A DNA stretch of 64,000 nt from an uncultured Planctomycetota bacterium (GTDB taxonomy: Bacteria; Planctomycetota; Phycisphaerae; Tepidisphaerales; Tepidisphaeraceae). The stretch spans positions 1 through 64,000 of the forward strand of contig CAWJEN010000006.1 of the NCBI GenBank assembly GCA_963841915.1, written 5' to 3'. This document shows positions 24,712 through 33,957 of this stretch, one piece after another. Position 1 is the stretch's first letter. Each line of letters begins with the position of its first letter. Below the pieces are notes generated by a model, which was not told the DNA's origin, did no database searches, and worked only from the letters and a program-made list of their open reading frames with translations. The position numbers and the translations under genes are program-made.

Positions 24712-25730
24712 TTCCAGATCAACTGCACGACCGCCCAGTAGAGCGGGATGCCGATGACGACGTTGAACGGAAACGTCAGGCCGAGCGACATCGGCACGTA
24801 CACACTCGCATTGGCCGACGGCAGGCTGAGTCGTAAAGCAGCCGGCACGGCAATGTAGCTGGCGCTGCCGGCGAGGACCGCGAGCAGCAAGGCGTCTCCT
24901 TCGCTGAGGCCAACGGCCCGTGCGACGCCGATGCCGATCATCGCGTGGATCGGTGGTGAGACGAGACCGAAGCCCATCGCCCAGATACCGCTGCGCCACA
25001 AATCGCCGAGCCGTCTCGCCGCGACGAGGCCCATGTCGAGCAGGAACAGGCACAAAACGCCCTTGAACGGCCCGACAAGCAACGGCGACAGGTCGGCCAC
25101 GCCCTCCTTACCGACAAGAAGACCGATGGCCATCGAGCCGACAAGCAGCATGACCGCACTGTTGAAGAAGGCTTCGTGCAGCAGATTGCCCCAGCCGCCG
25201 CTGTGGTGCGGCCGTTTCGACGGTGGCTCTTCTTCCGGGCCAATCCCGGGCGTGTCACTTGGAGCAAACGCCGCCTTCTCTGCGGGGGTGGCGAAACGAC
25301 GTGCCAGCACAATGCCGACAATGATTGCGGGCGATTCCATGAGCGCCATCGCCGCGACCATGTGGCCTCCGTGAACGATGCCGCGCGTATCGAGAAAATC
25401 AGTTGCGATGATGAACGTGACAGCCGAAATGGACCCGTACGTCGCCGCGACACCGGCGGCGGTGCTGGTGCCGAGTCGCTTACGCAGGATGAAGAACGTC
25501 CAGATCGGCACGACGGCTGACAATGCAATCGCCGCCCCGAGTCCCGCGACCACTTCAGGTTGAAGCCCCGCCGACTGAAGCTCGACGCCACCCTTGAGCC
25601 CGATCGCCACGAGCAGATAAAAGGACAGGAGCTTCGGAATCGGCTGCGGTAAGTCGAGGTCCGACCGCACCAGACACGCGATCACGCCCAGCAAAAAGAA
25701 CAGGACAGGCGCAGACAGCAGTTCGGTCAT
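24708..25730 (-). CDS. sbtA: Sodium-dependent bicarbonate transport family permease (SbtA/DUF897)
   Basis: IGLKGG, ATYGSISAVTF, ALMESPAI, FLLDMG, SASYIAVPA, TFPFN..GIPLY. Confidence 0.9.
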   Translation of the reverse strand: MTELLSAPVLFFLLGVIACLVRSDLDLPQPIPKLLSFYLLVAIGLKGGVELQSAGLQPEVVAGLGAAIALSAVVPIWTFFILRKRLGTSTAAGVAATYGSISAVTFIIATDFLDTRGIVHGGHMVAAMALMESPAIIVGIVLARRFATPAEKAAFAPSDTPGIGPEEEPPSKRPHHSGGWGNLLHEAFFNSAVMLLVGSMAIGLLVGKEGVADLSPLLVGPFKGVLCLFLLDMGLVAARRLGDLWRSGIWAMGFGLVSPPIHAMIGIGVARAVGLSEGDALLLAVLAGSASYIAVPAALRLSLPSANASVYVPMSLGLTFPFNVVIGIPLYWAVVQLIWN

Positions 25731-25818
25731 GGTCGGTGCGGCAGAAGTCGGCCGCACCGTAGCAGCAACATGCCGCGCGTCGCGTCACGCCTGACGCGTA
25801 CCGACAAGCTTGCCCGCG

Positions 25819-26169
25819 TCACGTCACCGCGGCGACGTTTTTGAGCGCTGTCCGCGCGTCGGGCTCGATCGTGAACATTTTGTCGAGCTTGACCATCTTG
25901 AGCAGCTGAGCCAGCTTGTCGTTGAGGCCACAGAAAATCGTTTTACCACCCTCCAAACCCGTCGCCTGGCGGGCGGCCAGCAGCGCATCGATCATGCTGG
26001 AGTTGATGGTCTCGACCTCGCGTAGATCGAGCACAATGTTGGCATTGCCGGCGTCGACCAGCGTTTTAATCCGCCCCGTCACCGCTACCAGCAACGGCCC
26101 GGGGCAGCGCAGCGACGGCACGGCCGTAGGAACATCCGACCCTGGGCTGGCGTCTGTCGAAGGGCTCAC
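25819..26169 (-). CDS. STAS-domain protein (anti-sigma factor antagonist-like)
   Basis: IVLDLREVETINSS...FCGLN...LLKMVKLDKMF; start (GTG 26169) uncertain. Confidence 0.72.
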   Translation of the reverse strand: MSPSTDASPGSDVPTAVPSLRCPGPLLVAVTGRIKTLVDAGNANIVLDLREVETINSSMIDALLAARQATGLEGGKTIFCGLNDKLAQLLKMVKLDKMFTIEPDARTALKNVAAVT

Positions 26170-26230
26170 GACCAGTCTGAACCCATCAGGATTAGTTACC
26201 GCAAGGGAAGGCTTCCGATATATTGCCGGC

Positions 26231-26710
26231 ATGGCCACCGTCACCGCCGAGCAGAACGTGGACGCACCAGCTCGCGACGTCTTCGAGTTGGTCACGAACC
26301 TCGACCGCTGCGCCGCCATCATCAACGGCATCGAGAAGATCGACGTGCTGACACCTGGCCCGTTCGGCCGAGGGACGCGGTGGCGCGAAACCCGCAAGTT
26401 CGGCGGCCGGGAGGCGACCGAAGAGATGACCGTCACGTTCTTCGACCCGCCCCGCCGCTACATCGTCAACGCCGAGAGTCACGGCGCCCGCTACCGGACC
26501 GAAGTGTCTGTCGAGGCGACGGGTGCGTCGTCGTGCTGCGTCACGCAAACCTTTGAAGCAACGCCTGTGTCGCTGCTGGCGAAGCTGATGTCACCGCTAT
26601 CGTTCCTGATGGCTGGCATGGTCCGCAAGTGCTTCGAAGCAGACTTGGCGGACATCGCCAAGGCGGCCGAAGCTACGCCAGCGTCGCAAGGCACTGGTCG
26701 ATCCGCTTGA
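26231..26710 (+). CDS. SRPBCC/polyketide cyclase family protein
   Basis: VDAPARDVF, GTRWRETRKFGGREATEEM.VT.FDPP. Confidence 0.85.
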   Translation: MATVTAEQNVDAPARDVFELVTNLDRCAAIINGIEKIDVLTPGPFGRGTRWRETRKFGGREATEEMTVTFFDPPRRYIVNAESHGARYRTEVSVEATGASSCCVTQTFEATPVSLLAKLMSPLSFLMAGMVRKCFEADLADIAKAAEATPASQGTGRSA

Positions 26711-28292
26711 GCGTCTCGTCCTTGCCGAGGAAGCTCAGCGTGTCGAAGATCGGCGGACTCACGGGCCCACCGGCAAGGGCAATGCGGGCGGGCTGGGCCA
26801 CCTTGCCAAGGCCGACACCGCGGTCGTCGCAGAGCTGCTTCGTCACAGTTTCAAGTGCAGTGGGCGACCAGTCGTGTTGGTTCGCCAGCACCACCCGGTA
26901 CGCCTTGAGGTTCTCCAGACCGCTGGGCTCGCCCTTCTTGAGGTGCTTGTCGACGGCCTTCTGCTCGTACTCTGTCGGTGCCTCGTAGAACAGCCGCGAC
27001 TTTTCGTCGACCTCGGCGAACACGTGGAAGCCCTCGCACATCGCGAGAAGCTTCGACAGCTCGTCGTCGGTCGCACCCTTCAACGGCGACGCCTCGTTCT
27101 GGGCGAGGTAATCTTTCATGCCCGCCAGCAGCCGATCCGCCGGTGCCTTGCCGAGGGCAATCGTGTTGAAGTTCGTCAGCTTCTTGTAATCGAACTTCGC
27201 GTTCGCCCGACCGACGCGGTCGAGGCTGAACTCACTGACCAGCTCGTCCATCGACAAATGCTCGCGGTCATCGCCTGTGCTCCAGCCGAGCAGCGCGAGG
27301 AAGTTGTTGAGCGTTTCCGGCAGGTACCCGATCCGCCTGAAGTCGTCGACGCTGATCTGCGGCAGATCGCTCTCCTTCAGGTTCACGTGGGCGAGCAGCT
27401 TCACGTGGTCGCCCGGATCGAGCTGGGCCTGCTTGTCGCCGAGCCACTTCTCGATGGCGTCGGTCTTCAGGCCGCTCTTCTCCGCCAGCTCTGCCGCTGC
27501 AAAGAGCTTGGCCGCCTCCTTGATCTGCTTGTCACGGTCGCGTTTGCCCATCTTGCTGCCGTCGGTCTTGAGTATGACCGGCAGGTGCGCGAACGTCGGC
27601 CGCGTGTACTCCAACGCGTCCATCAGCGCGATGTGCTGGCAGGTATTGAGCAAGTGCTCCTGCCCACGCAGCACGTGCGTAATGCCCATCGCGTTGTCGT
27701 CGACGACAACCGCGAAGTGGTACGTCGGCATGCCGTCCGCCTTGCGGATGACGAAGTCCTGTGCCTGGTTCCCCGGCAGTCCCTGTTTGTCGCCCAGCAC
27801 CGCATCATCAAAGTGGTAATCGCGGCTCGGGTCCATCTTGAACCGCAAGACCGGCTCCCGGCCTTCGTCCTTGAACTTCGCCAGCTGCTCGTCGGTGTAG
27901 CTCGGCCGGCGGTACATGAACGGCCGCTTGGCCGCCTGCGCCTGGGCCCGCTGGTTGGCCAACTCCTCACGACTTTCCCACGCCTCGTACGCCAGATCAC
28001 GCTCGATCAAGTCGTCGAACAGCTTGTTATAGATGCCCCCCACCCCCGCCCGCTTCGACTGGAACATCAGGTCGTCGGCATTGTCGTGCTCCAGCCCCAG
28101 CCAGCGGAGATCTTCCAGCACCGCATCGACGGCCGCCTCGGTCGAGCGGGCGGCGTCGGTGTCTTCGATGCGGAGCAGGTACCTGCCGCCGTGGTGACGG
28201 GCCAGCAGGTAGTTGAACAGCGCGGTCCGTGCCCCGCCGACGTGGAGGTAACCGGTGGGCGAAGGGGCGAATCGGGTGACGACCTCGGGCAT
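26673..28292 (-). CDS. gltX: Glutamate--tRNA ligase
   Basis: RFAPSPTGYLHVGG, LRIEDTD, PTYHFAVVVDD, THVLRG, KMGKR, anticodon domain VSPPIF. Confidence 0.96.
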   Translation of the reverse strand: MPEVVTRFAPSPTGYLHVGGARTALFNYLLARHHGGRYLLRIEDTDAARSTEAAVDAVLEDLRWLGLEHDNADDLMFQSKRAGVGGIYNKLFDDLIERDLAYEAWESREELANQRAQAQAAKRPFMYRRPSYTDEQLAKFKDEGREPVLRFKMDPSRDYHFDDAVLGDKQGLPGNQAQDFVIRKADGMPTYHFAVVVDDNAMGITHVLRGQEHLLNTCQHIALMDALEYTRPTFAHLPVILKTDGSKMGKRDRDKQIKEAAKLFAAAELAEKSGLKTDAIEKWLGDKQAQLDPGDHVKLLAHVNLKESDLPQISVDDFRRIGYLPETLNNFLALLGWSTGDDREHLSMDELVSEFSLDRVGRANAKFDYKKLTNFNTIALGKAPADRLLAGMKDYLAQNEASPLKGATDDELSKLLAMCEGFHVFAEVDEKSRLFYEAPTEYEQKAVDKHLKKGEPSGLENLKAYRVVLANQHDWSPTALETVTKQLCDDRGVGLGKVAQPARIALAGGPVSPPIFDTLSFLGKDETLKRIDQCLATLA

Positions 28293-28569
28293 GCCAGGTT
28301 CTAGGAGCGTCCGCGGACGGCCACCTTCCGGTCGCTGGCGGAACGCGTTCAACCGTCCGCTTTACGTCGTCTCCGCCGGATCGAGCAAGACGTGGTAGCA
28401 CTCGGTTCGAATCGTCTCGCCGAAGAACGGCCGACCCTCGGCGACGGCGTCGATCAAGGACGCCGCACCAGCAAGCCTGCCTCCGGCACCACGGGTCGAT
28501 GCGTGCGACCGCGAGCGTTCCTGCTAACGCCGAACACCGCCGCTTCCGCGTCGTTATACTGCACCACCC

Positions 28570-29796
28570 TTGACTGCCACCTCGACCCCAACACTACCCG
28601 CCGAGCTCGTCGCCGACGTCGAAGTCGCCGGCACGGTCGACGTGGTGCCGCGGATCCTGGATGTCGTGTGCCAAACGACGGGTATGGGGTTCGCCGCCAT
28701 CGCCCGCGTCACCGACGCGCACTGGGTCACCTGCGCCGCACGCGATGACATCGGCTTCGGCCTTCGCCCGGGTGACGAGCTCGACGTCACCAGCACGCTC
28801 TGCTACGAGGTCCGCTGCGACAGCCGCGCCATCGTCATCGATGACGTCGATGCCGACGACCACTACCGCAGCCATGAAACCCCGGCGAGGTACGGCTTCA
28901 AGAGCTACATCAGCGTCCCGATTTACCTGACGGACGGATCGTTCTACGGCACGCTCTGCGCCATCGATCCCGAGCCGAGGTCACTGACGAAGTCGGCGGC
29001 GCTGGAGACGCTCAGACTCTTGGCCGAACTCTTTGCCCGGCATCTGGAGGACCGCCAGCGGCTGGCAGAATCGCAGCAGACGCTGGCATCCGAGCGGGAA
29101 GTCGCTCGGCTGCGGGAACTGTTCGTCGCCATCCTCGGCCACGACCTGCGGAACCCGCTCAACGCCATCCAGATGAACAGCCAGCTCCTGGAGATGCTCG
29201 ACGGCGACGCGGACGCCGCAGAACGGCAAGAGGCGATCGCCTCCATCCGCTCCAGCGCCGATCGCATGACGGCCCTCATCAACGACACGCTCGACCTCGC
29301 CCGCACCCGCACCGACAGCGGCTTGAACCTCGCCATGGATCGCGTCGCGCCCGACGATCTGATCCAGCGGTTCCGCCACGTCATCGACGAGCTTCGCGCC
29401 GGCCACACGAATCGCAACGTCGACGTGACGCTCGACCTCCACCGCCCGGTGGCCTGCAACGCCGATCGGCTCGGGCAGGTCGTGTCGAACCTGCTCGCCA
29501 ACGCCCTGACCCACGGCGACCCGGCCGCACCCGTCACCGTCGTCGCCCGTCAACCCGACGACGCCGCCCTCCTCCTGTCGGTCAGCAACACCGGCCCGCC
29601 GATTCCGGCCGACGTCGTTGCGACCCTGTTCGAGCCGTTCCAACGCGGCCGCCTGCAGCACGACACGACCCGCTCGGGCCTGGGCCTGGGCCTGTTCATC
29701 GCCCACGAAATCGCCCTCGCCCACAACGGCACCCTGACCTGCACGAGCGACGACGACGCCACCACGTTCACCCTCCGGATCGCCAGTCCCGCATAG
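28570..29796 (+). CDS. GAF-domain sensor histidine kinase
   Basis: GAF (SYISVPI..GTLCAID), H-box LGHDLRNPL, N-box NLLANALTHG, LFEPF, GLGLGLFI. Confidence 0.93.
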   Translation: MTATSTPTLPAELVADVEVAGTVDVVPRILDVVCQTTGMGFAAIARVTDAHWVTCAARDDIGFGLRPGDELDVTSTLCYEVRCDSRAIVIDDVDADDHYRSHETPARYGFKSYISVPIYLTDGSFYGTLCAIDPEPRSLTKSAALETLRLLAELFARHLEDRQRLAESQQTLASEREVARLRELFVAILGHDLRNPLNAIQMNSQLLEMLDGDADAAERQEAIASIRSSADRMTALINDTLDLARTRTDSGLNLAMDRVAPDDLIQRFRHVIDELRAGHTNRNVDVTLDLHRPVACNADRLGQVVSNLLANALTHGDPAAPVTVVARQPDDAALLLSVSNTGPPIPADVVATLFEPFQRGRLQHDTTRSGLGLGLFIAHEIALAHNGTLTCTSDDDATTFTLRIASPA

Positions 29797-29949
29797 AGCA
29801 CGTGCGAAGGCTTACGAAGGTCGAGAGGGCTCATCACAACCGGCTTCATTCCGCGACGACGTGGACCGCCCGCGGGACGGCTACCGTTGACCTCGGAAGC
29901 AACCGCTCCCGTATCCAACCCCCACCACCCGACCGCGCAGGAGCAGACC

Positions 29950-30024
29950 ATGGGCAAAGGCAACAAAACGCCGAAGAAAGACGTCAAGAAACCCAAGCAG
30001 GACAAGCCGGCCCCCAAGAAGTAA
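29950..30024 (+). CDS. 24-aa lysine-rich small protein MGKGNKTPKKDVKKPKQDKPAPKK
   Basis: AGGAG RBS 6 nt before ATG, host-like codons, TAA stop; too short for the ORF track. Confidence 0.65.
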   Translation: MGKGNKTPKKDVKKPKQDKPAPKK

Positions 30025-30040
30025 CGGGCACCAAGCCACG

Positions 30041-30443
30041 CACGCCGCCAGTCGCCTCGGCTCGGTGCCACGGTTCGAGCCACCTTCCGAGGTGGGCAAA
30101 CCGTGTCGACAATCGGCCTTCGAACGTTGGTGTCTCAATGCAAAGGGCCGGAACCCGACACGGCTTGCCCGCCGCAGACGGCGGCTCAAGCCGTGGCACC
30201 AACCATCCCCCCGTACACCCGCTCACTCACGCCGCCAGTCGCTTCGGCTCGGTGCCACGGTTTGAGCCACCTTCCGAGGTGGGCAAACCGTGTCGACAAT
30301 CGGCCTTCGAACGTTGGTGTTTCAAGGCAAAGGGCCGGAACCCGACACGGCTTGCCCGCCGCAGACGGCGGCTCAAGCCGTGGCACCAATCATCCCCCCG
30401 TACACCCGCTCACTCACGCCGCCAGTCGCTTCGGCTCGGTGCC
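30041..30443. repeat. 187-bp tandem repeat (two full units plus 29 bp), each unit containing an inverted pair of GGTGCCACGG-type REP palindromes
   Basis: Units start at 30041, 30228 and 30415; ends GGTGCCACGGTT(C/T)GAGCC / GGCTCAAGCCGTGGCACC. Confidence 0.95.
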
Positions 30444-31820
30444 CGCCGTCGGCAGCCCAAGCGTCTCGCCCGCCGGAAGCATCGTCCGACGCACGTCGTG
30501 CTTCGGCGTCGGCAGTGCCGCCAACTCGGGGCGTTCGTGCCAGCGATCCCGCAGCTCGCGGGCCATGGCCGTCAGACGCGGGTCGATCGGCTTCTCGACC
30601 CTTCTGGCCGTCTTCCGCTGTTTCTTCGGCTTCACCACGACCGGCTCCGGCAACGCGTCGACCATGGTCGCATCGTCCGGGATGAACCACATGCTGCCGG
30701 TGCTGGCGTGCTGCTCCCGCAGGATCATCTCCCGCGTCATCAGGCGTTTGCCGTCCTGCCACAGGTGGCCGTCGCGGGCCTCGATGCCGTCGGGGTAACG
30801 CAACATCGGCGGCGAAAACGCTGGGTCATCGTCCTTCTGGCTCGCTGCGAGCCCTGAGCGTGAGCGAGGGGTCTGCGTCGATCCGCCAGAACCCGCTCGC
30901 TCACGCTCGGGGCTCGCATCGGTCAATTGCTTTGCGTCGAAGGTGCAATCTTCCTCCTCCGTCTCCGGCAACACGATCGGCAGCACGTCCTGCCAGCTCG
31001 TGCCCGGCGGCATCGGGAAGACCAGTCGGTCCGCCCGCAAGACGCCGCCGCCGGTCTGGTGCGGGAACCAGTGGGCGATCGGGTCGTCCTGCCCGCGGAT
31101 CTTCTTCTGCCAGAAGAGGTGCGGACGGCCGTCGTCGCCGCCGCTGCCGTCCTTCTTCTTGCCCTTGCGTTTGCCCGTGCGGAAGGCGATCGGCACGAAC
31201 CCCATGGCCTCCCAGAAATGGTTGGCCGCCAGGTCCTGGGCGCACCAGCACGAGTAGAGCCGACACCCGTAGGCACTGCGGTCGAACTGCGCCTGGAGCA
31301 ACGCCGCCGCCACGAGCGACCGCCGGGCCTGCGGGGCGACGCACAGCTGCGTGACGTACCCGACCTCGTCCCGCTTGAAGTACCGGTCGGCCGCGATGAG
31401 GTAGGCCAGCGGGGTTCGTGACGAACCGCGACCCTCACCCTCCGCCACCAGGATCTGCCGCAGCTCCAGCTTGCCCCGCAACGCCATCATCGGCAGGAAC
31501 GAGACCGCCGCCCGGTGCTGCTTCTGCAGCTCGTCGATCCAGGGCAGATCGGCCTCCGTCGCGGGGCGGATGTGAAAGTTCTCGCCCGCTTCCCCCCGCG
31601 GCACGATGGCCGTGCCCGGCGCCATCTCGCCCGCACGACGGACGTCCATCAGCCGCCCGCCCGCGTCGGCCGAGCCCGCCACCGTCGTCGTCGTCACGAG
31701 GACGTCCGACGCCACCCCGCCGTCGCCCGTTCCGTCAACCACGCCGGGAGCGGGACGCGGCGTGGCGTCGTCGCGGGAGCTTGGGCTGACGGGGGCGGGG
31801 ACGGGCGGATCACAACGCAT
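30414..31820 (-). CDS. GNAT family N-acetyltransferase with C-terminal extension (start uncertain, 31649-31970)
   Basis: IRPATEADL, TQLCVAPQARR, CAQDLAANHFWEAMGF. Confidence 0.8.
   Translation of the reverse strand: MRCDPPVPAPVSPSSRDDATPRPAPGVVDGTGDGGVASDVLVTTTTVAGSADAGGRLMDVRRAGEMAPGTAIVPRGEAGENFHIRPATEADLPWIDELQKQHRAAVSFLPMMALRGKLELRQILVAEGEGRGSSRTPLAYLIAADRYFKRDEVGYVTQLCVAPQARRSLVAAALLQAQFDRSAYGCRLYSCWCAQDLAANHFWEAMGFVPIAFRTGKRKGKKKDGSGGDDGRPHLFWQKKIRGQDDPIAHWFPHQTGGGVLRADRLVFPMPPGTSWQDVLPIVLPETEEEDCTFDAKQLTDASPERERAGSGGSTQTPRSRSGLAASQKDDDPAFSPPMLRYPDGIEARDGHLWQDGKRLMTREMILREQHASTGSMWFIPDDATMVDALPEPVVVKPKKQRKTARRVEKPIDPRLTAMARELRDRWHERPELAALPTPKHDVRRTMLPAGETLGLPTAGTEPKRLAA
30846..30918. 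repeat. REP-like palindrome lying in frame inside the GNAT gene
   Basis: TGCGAGCCCTGAGCGTGAGCGA ... TCGCTCACGCTCGGGGCTCGCA, 22-bp arms with 1 mismatch. Confidence 0.8.
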
Positions 31821-32296
31821 GTCCCCTCTATCGGCCAACCGACGTGCACCCACACACACACCCCCACACACCCGAAGCCACGCCACGCCGCCGACGACTC
31901 CCGCGCCCCCCCCCGCCTGCCGCCCGCCCGTCGCCCGGTCCGAGAAGATCGCCGCTGCCCGTACCAGCACCGGCGATGAACGGCCGAGCCCCGCCTCAAA
32001 CCGCCCGCCCGTCCGAGAAAAAGACCCTCGCCACCCCTGCCGCCCGCCCCCGCTGCGCCTTGTCGGACCCCGCCGCCCGACGTCGACGAAGTACGTCGCG
32101 CCTCCGCCCGACCTGCGCCCCTCGCCACACGACCGACCGCACCCGACATCGAGGCCAAAAACAGACCCGCGCCCCGCCCGACCTGCCCGCGCACCGCCCG
32201 CGCCGCTCCCCGCCTCAACATGATCGGACGCACCAAACCCGCCCCCGCCGCGCTATCGGACACAATGGGCACCCCAGACCGCGCGCATGACGGCTT

Positions 32297-32486
32297 AAAG
32301 AGCGCTCTTTCAACTTCAAAGAGCGCTCTTCGAAGTTGCAAGCGCGCTCTTTGAGTTCGAAAGAGCGCTCTTTGAAGTCGCAACTGCGCTCTTTTAAGTC
32401 GCAAGAGCGCTCTTTGAATCTCGAAGAGCGCCCTTCGAGGTCGAAAAGAGCGCACGATCGAGTCGAAAGAGCGCGCTTGCAACGCC
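32297..32486. repeat. Array of nine ~21-bp units with palindromic core AAAGAGCGCTCTTT
   Basis: Units at 32297, 32318, 32339, 32360, 32381, 32402, 32423, 32444, 32466. Confidence 0.92.
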
Positions 32487-32616
32487 AAAGATCGAACTTC
32501 AGCCGGCCATTCCCACGCATGGCACGATCGGGTGCCAGGTATAGCGACCCGACGTGTCGTCACACCCGGCGAGGATGCAGTCACACCCGGCCCAGCCGTT
32601 AAAGTCAAAGGAGAAG

Positions 32617-33059
32617 ATGGACGACCTGCGGCCGAGATTCGTCCAGCGGCTGTTCGCCGACGACCGGCCTTACCAGTGCCTCATGGCCATCGGAGCCGTC
32701 ACGCTCTCCGCTTGGACGGCGTTCGTTCTCGTCCCGACGCTCACCCTCTCGCTCTGGAGCATCGACCGCTTCATCTTCCTCATGCTCGTCGCGGTTAACC
32801 TCGGCGTCGTGCTGGCCCTCTTCCCGTTCAGCGTCGTCTTGATCCCGCTCATCCGGTGGGCAGAGCGTCGCAACGGGGCCCCCTTCCAGGAGGGCGACGA
32901 GGTCGTGATCCTCTCGAGGCGCTTCCCGGACCGCATCGGCGGGTCTACACCGTCTGGGCCGAACGCGATCAGGTCCGAGTCGACCTCGGCCAAGCCGAGC
33001 GTGACAGCGTGACCGACGTCTTCGCTTACACGGCCGTCCGCCGGCGTGCGACGCCGTGA
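32617..33059 (+). pseudogene. Two-TM membrane protein with C-terminal SH3/KOW-like strand pattern, frameshifted near 32940 (pseudogene or sequencing error)
   Basis: AAGGAG RBS; ...GAPFQEGDEVVILSRRFPDRIG continues as RVYTVWAERDQVRVDLG in another frame. Confidence 0.6.
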
Positions 33060-33070
33060 ACGGTGTAGTT

Positions 33071-33141
33071 GGGTGCCACGGCATCCTTGCCGTGCGGTGT
33101 GATCGCGACGCTCCCGCCACTACAGGGTTGCAGTGGCACCC
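33071..33141. repeat. Inverted pair of GGGTGCCAC-type REP palindromes
   Basis: GGGTGCCACGGCatccttGCCGTG ... CCACTaCAgggtTGCAGTGGCACCC. Confidence 0.7.
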
Positions 33142-33179
33142 GGCAAACAGCGACCGACTGAACGTCGTCCGGCGTAGTC

Positions 33180-33252
33180 GTAGGGTGTGCTTCAGCACAC
33201 CATGAGGCTCAAGCACCGCTCCCCCAGCGTGGTGTGCTGAAGCACACCCTAC
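33180..33252. repeat. GTAG-family REP doublet (REPIN)
   Basis: GTAGGGTGTGCTTCAGCACACC ... GGTGTGCTGAAGCACACCCTAC, perfect 22-bp inverted pair. Confidence 0.92.
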
Positions 33253-33346
33253 TTGGCTCCTGCGACGGAGCGACACCAGCCGTACGTCCCCCGCCGGTCC
33301 CCACCCACCTCCGCGGCCTCGACTGACCCGCCTCCCCGGAGTAGCT

Positions 33347-33415
33347 GTAGGGTGGGCTTCAGCCCACCATCCGAACCCCGCCACTCCGCCGATGGTGGGC
33401 TGAAGCCCACCCTAC
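33347..33415. repeat. GTAG-family REP doublet (REPIN)
   Basis: GTAGGGTGGGCTTCAGCCCACC ... GGTGGGCTGAAGCCCACCCTAC. Confidence 0.92.
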
Positions 33416-33435
33416 TTGGCTACAATGGGCGAACC

Positions 33436-33957
33436 ATGAGCTCCGCTGACGACCTCTCGTTCGAACACGGCGACATCAACGCACTCCGCAACCTCGGTGT
33501 TGATGTTGAACGTTTGAACGATTACGACTTCCTACTTCTTCCTGAGAACCTCCGAGAGGCTGGATCGAGGGAGGAACTGTATGATGCTGGCTCCAGCATC
33601 AATCTTGCCAAATCTCTTCGAGCTGAGGGAGCAAAGGTCGCAACGTCGTATGACCTGACTCCGGAGGCACGAACGCTGGAGCGGCGAGGTGCTGAACTCT
33701 GGTTCGGCACCGTATGGGTCATGAGCGCCGTCGCTCTCCCGCTCGCAATCTCTGTGCTCGCGAACATGATTACGGGGTGGCAAGCATCGCGCATCGCCAG
33801 CAAAGATGGGAAGGGGATCATGCGGACAAACGTCAAAATCCGCCTCAAACGAGGCGACAATATAGTCAACATAGACTTCGATGGTGATCCCGAAGCATTG
33901 GTTGATGTTTTGGAAGGGTTGAAATCAGGCAAGTCTTCTAAAAATGGCAGAGACTGA
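33436..33957 (+). CDS. Hypothetical single-TM protein, first gene of a lower-GC two-gene operon
   Basis: ATG 33436 preceded by TACAAT (33421-33426); hydrophobic LWFGTVWVMSAVALPLAISVLANMI; the upstream part of the listed ORF is REP sequence. Confidence 0.75.
   Translation: MSSADDLSFEHGDINALRNLGVDVERLNDYDFLLLPENLREAGSREELYDAGSSINLAKSLRAEGAKVATSYDLTPEARTLERRGAELWFGTVWVMSAVALPLAISVLANMITGWQASRIASKDGKGIMRTNVKIRLKRGDNIVNIDFDGDPEALVDVLEGLKSGKSSKNGRD

Noticed and set aside
30041..30443. CRISPR array (29-bp repeat three times)
   Set aside because: Intervening 158-bp segments are near-identical to each other and too long; no cas genes; it is a tandem duplication
31830..32290. Pro/Arg-rich ORFs in the C-rich tract
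   Set aside because: Low-complexity sequence with only short imperfect repeats (CGCCCGCCCGTC, GTCCGAGAA) and no protein-like signal
32297..32486. CRISPR array or real heptad-repeat CDS
   Set aside because: Variable parts are only 7 bp; overlapping ORFs exist on both strands with no clear RBS, and one 22-bp unit breaks the frame
33253..33435. N-terminal extension of the 33253..33957 ORF
   Set aside because: Translates REP sequence (RVGFSPP, GGLKPTL); the real start is probably 33436
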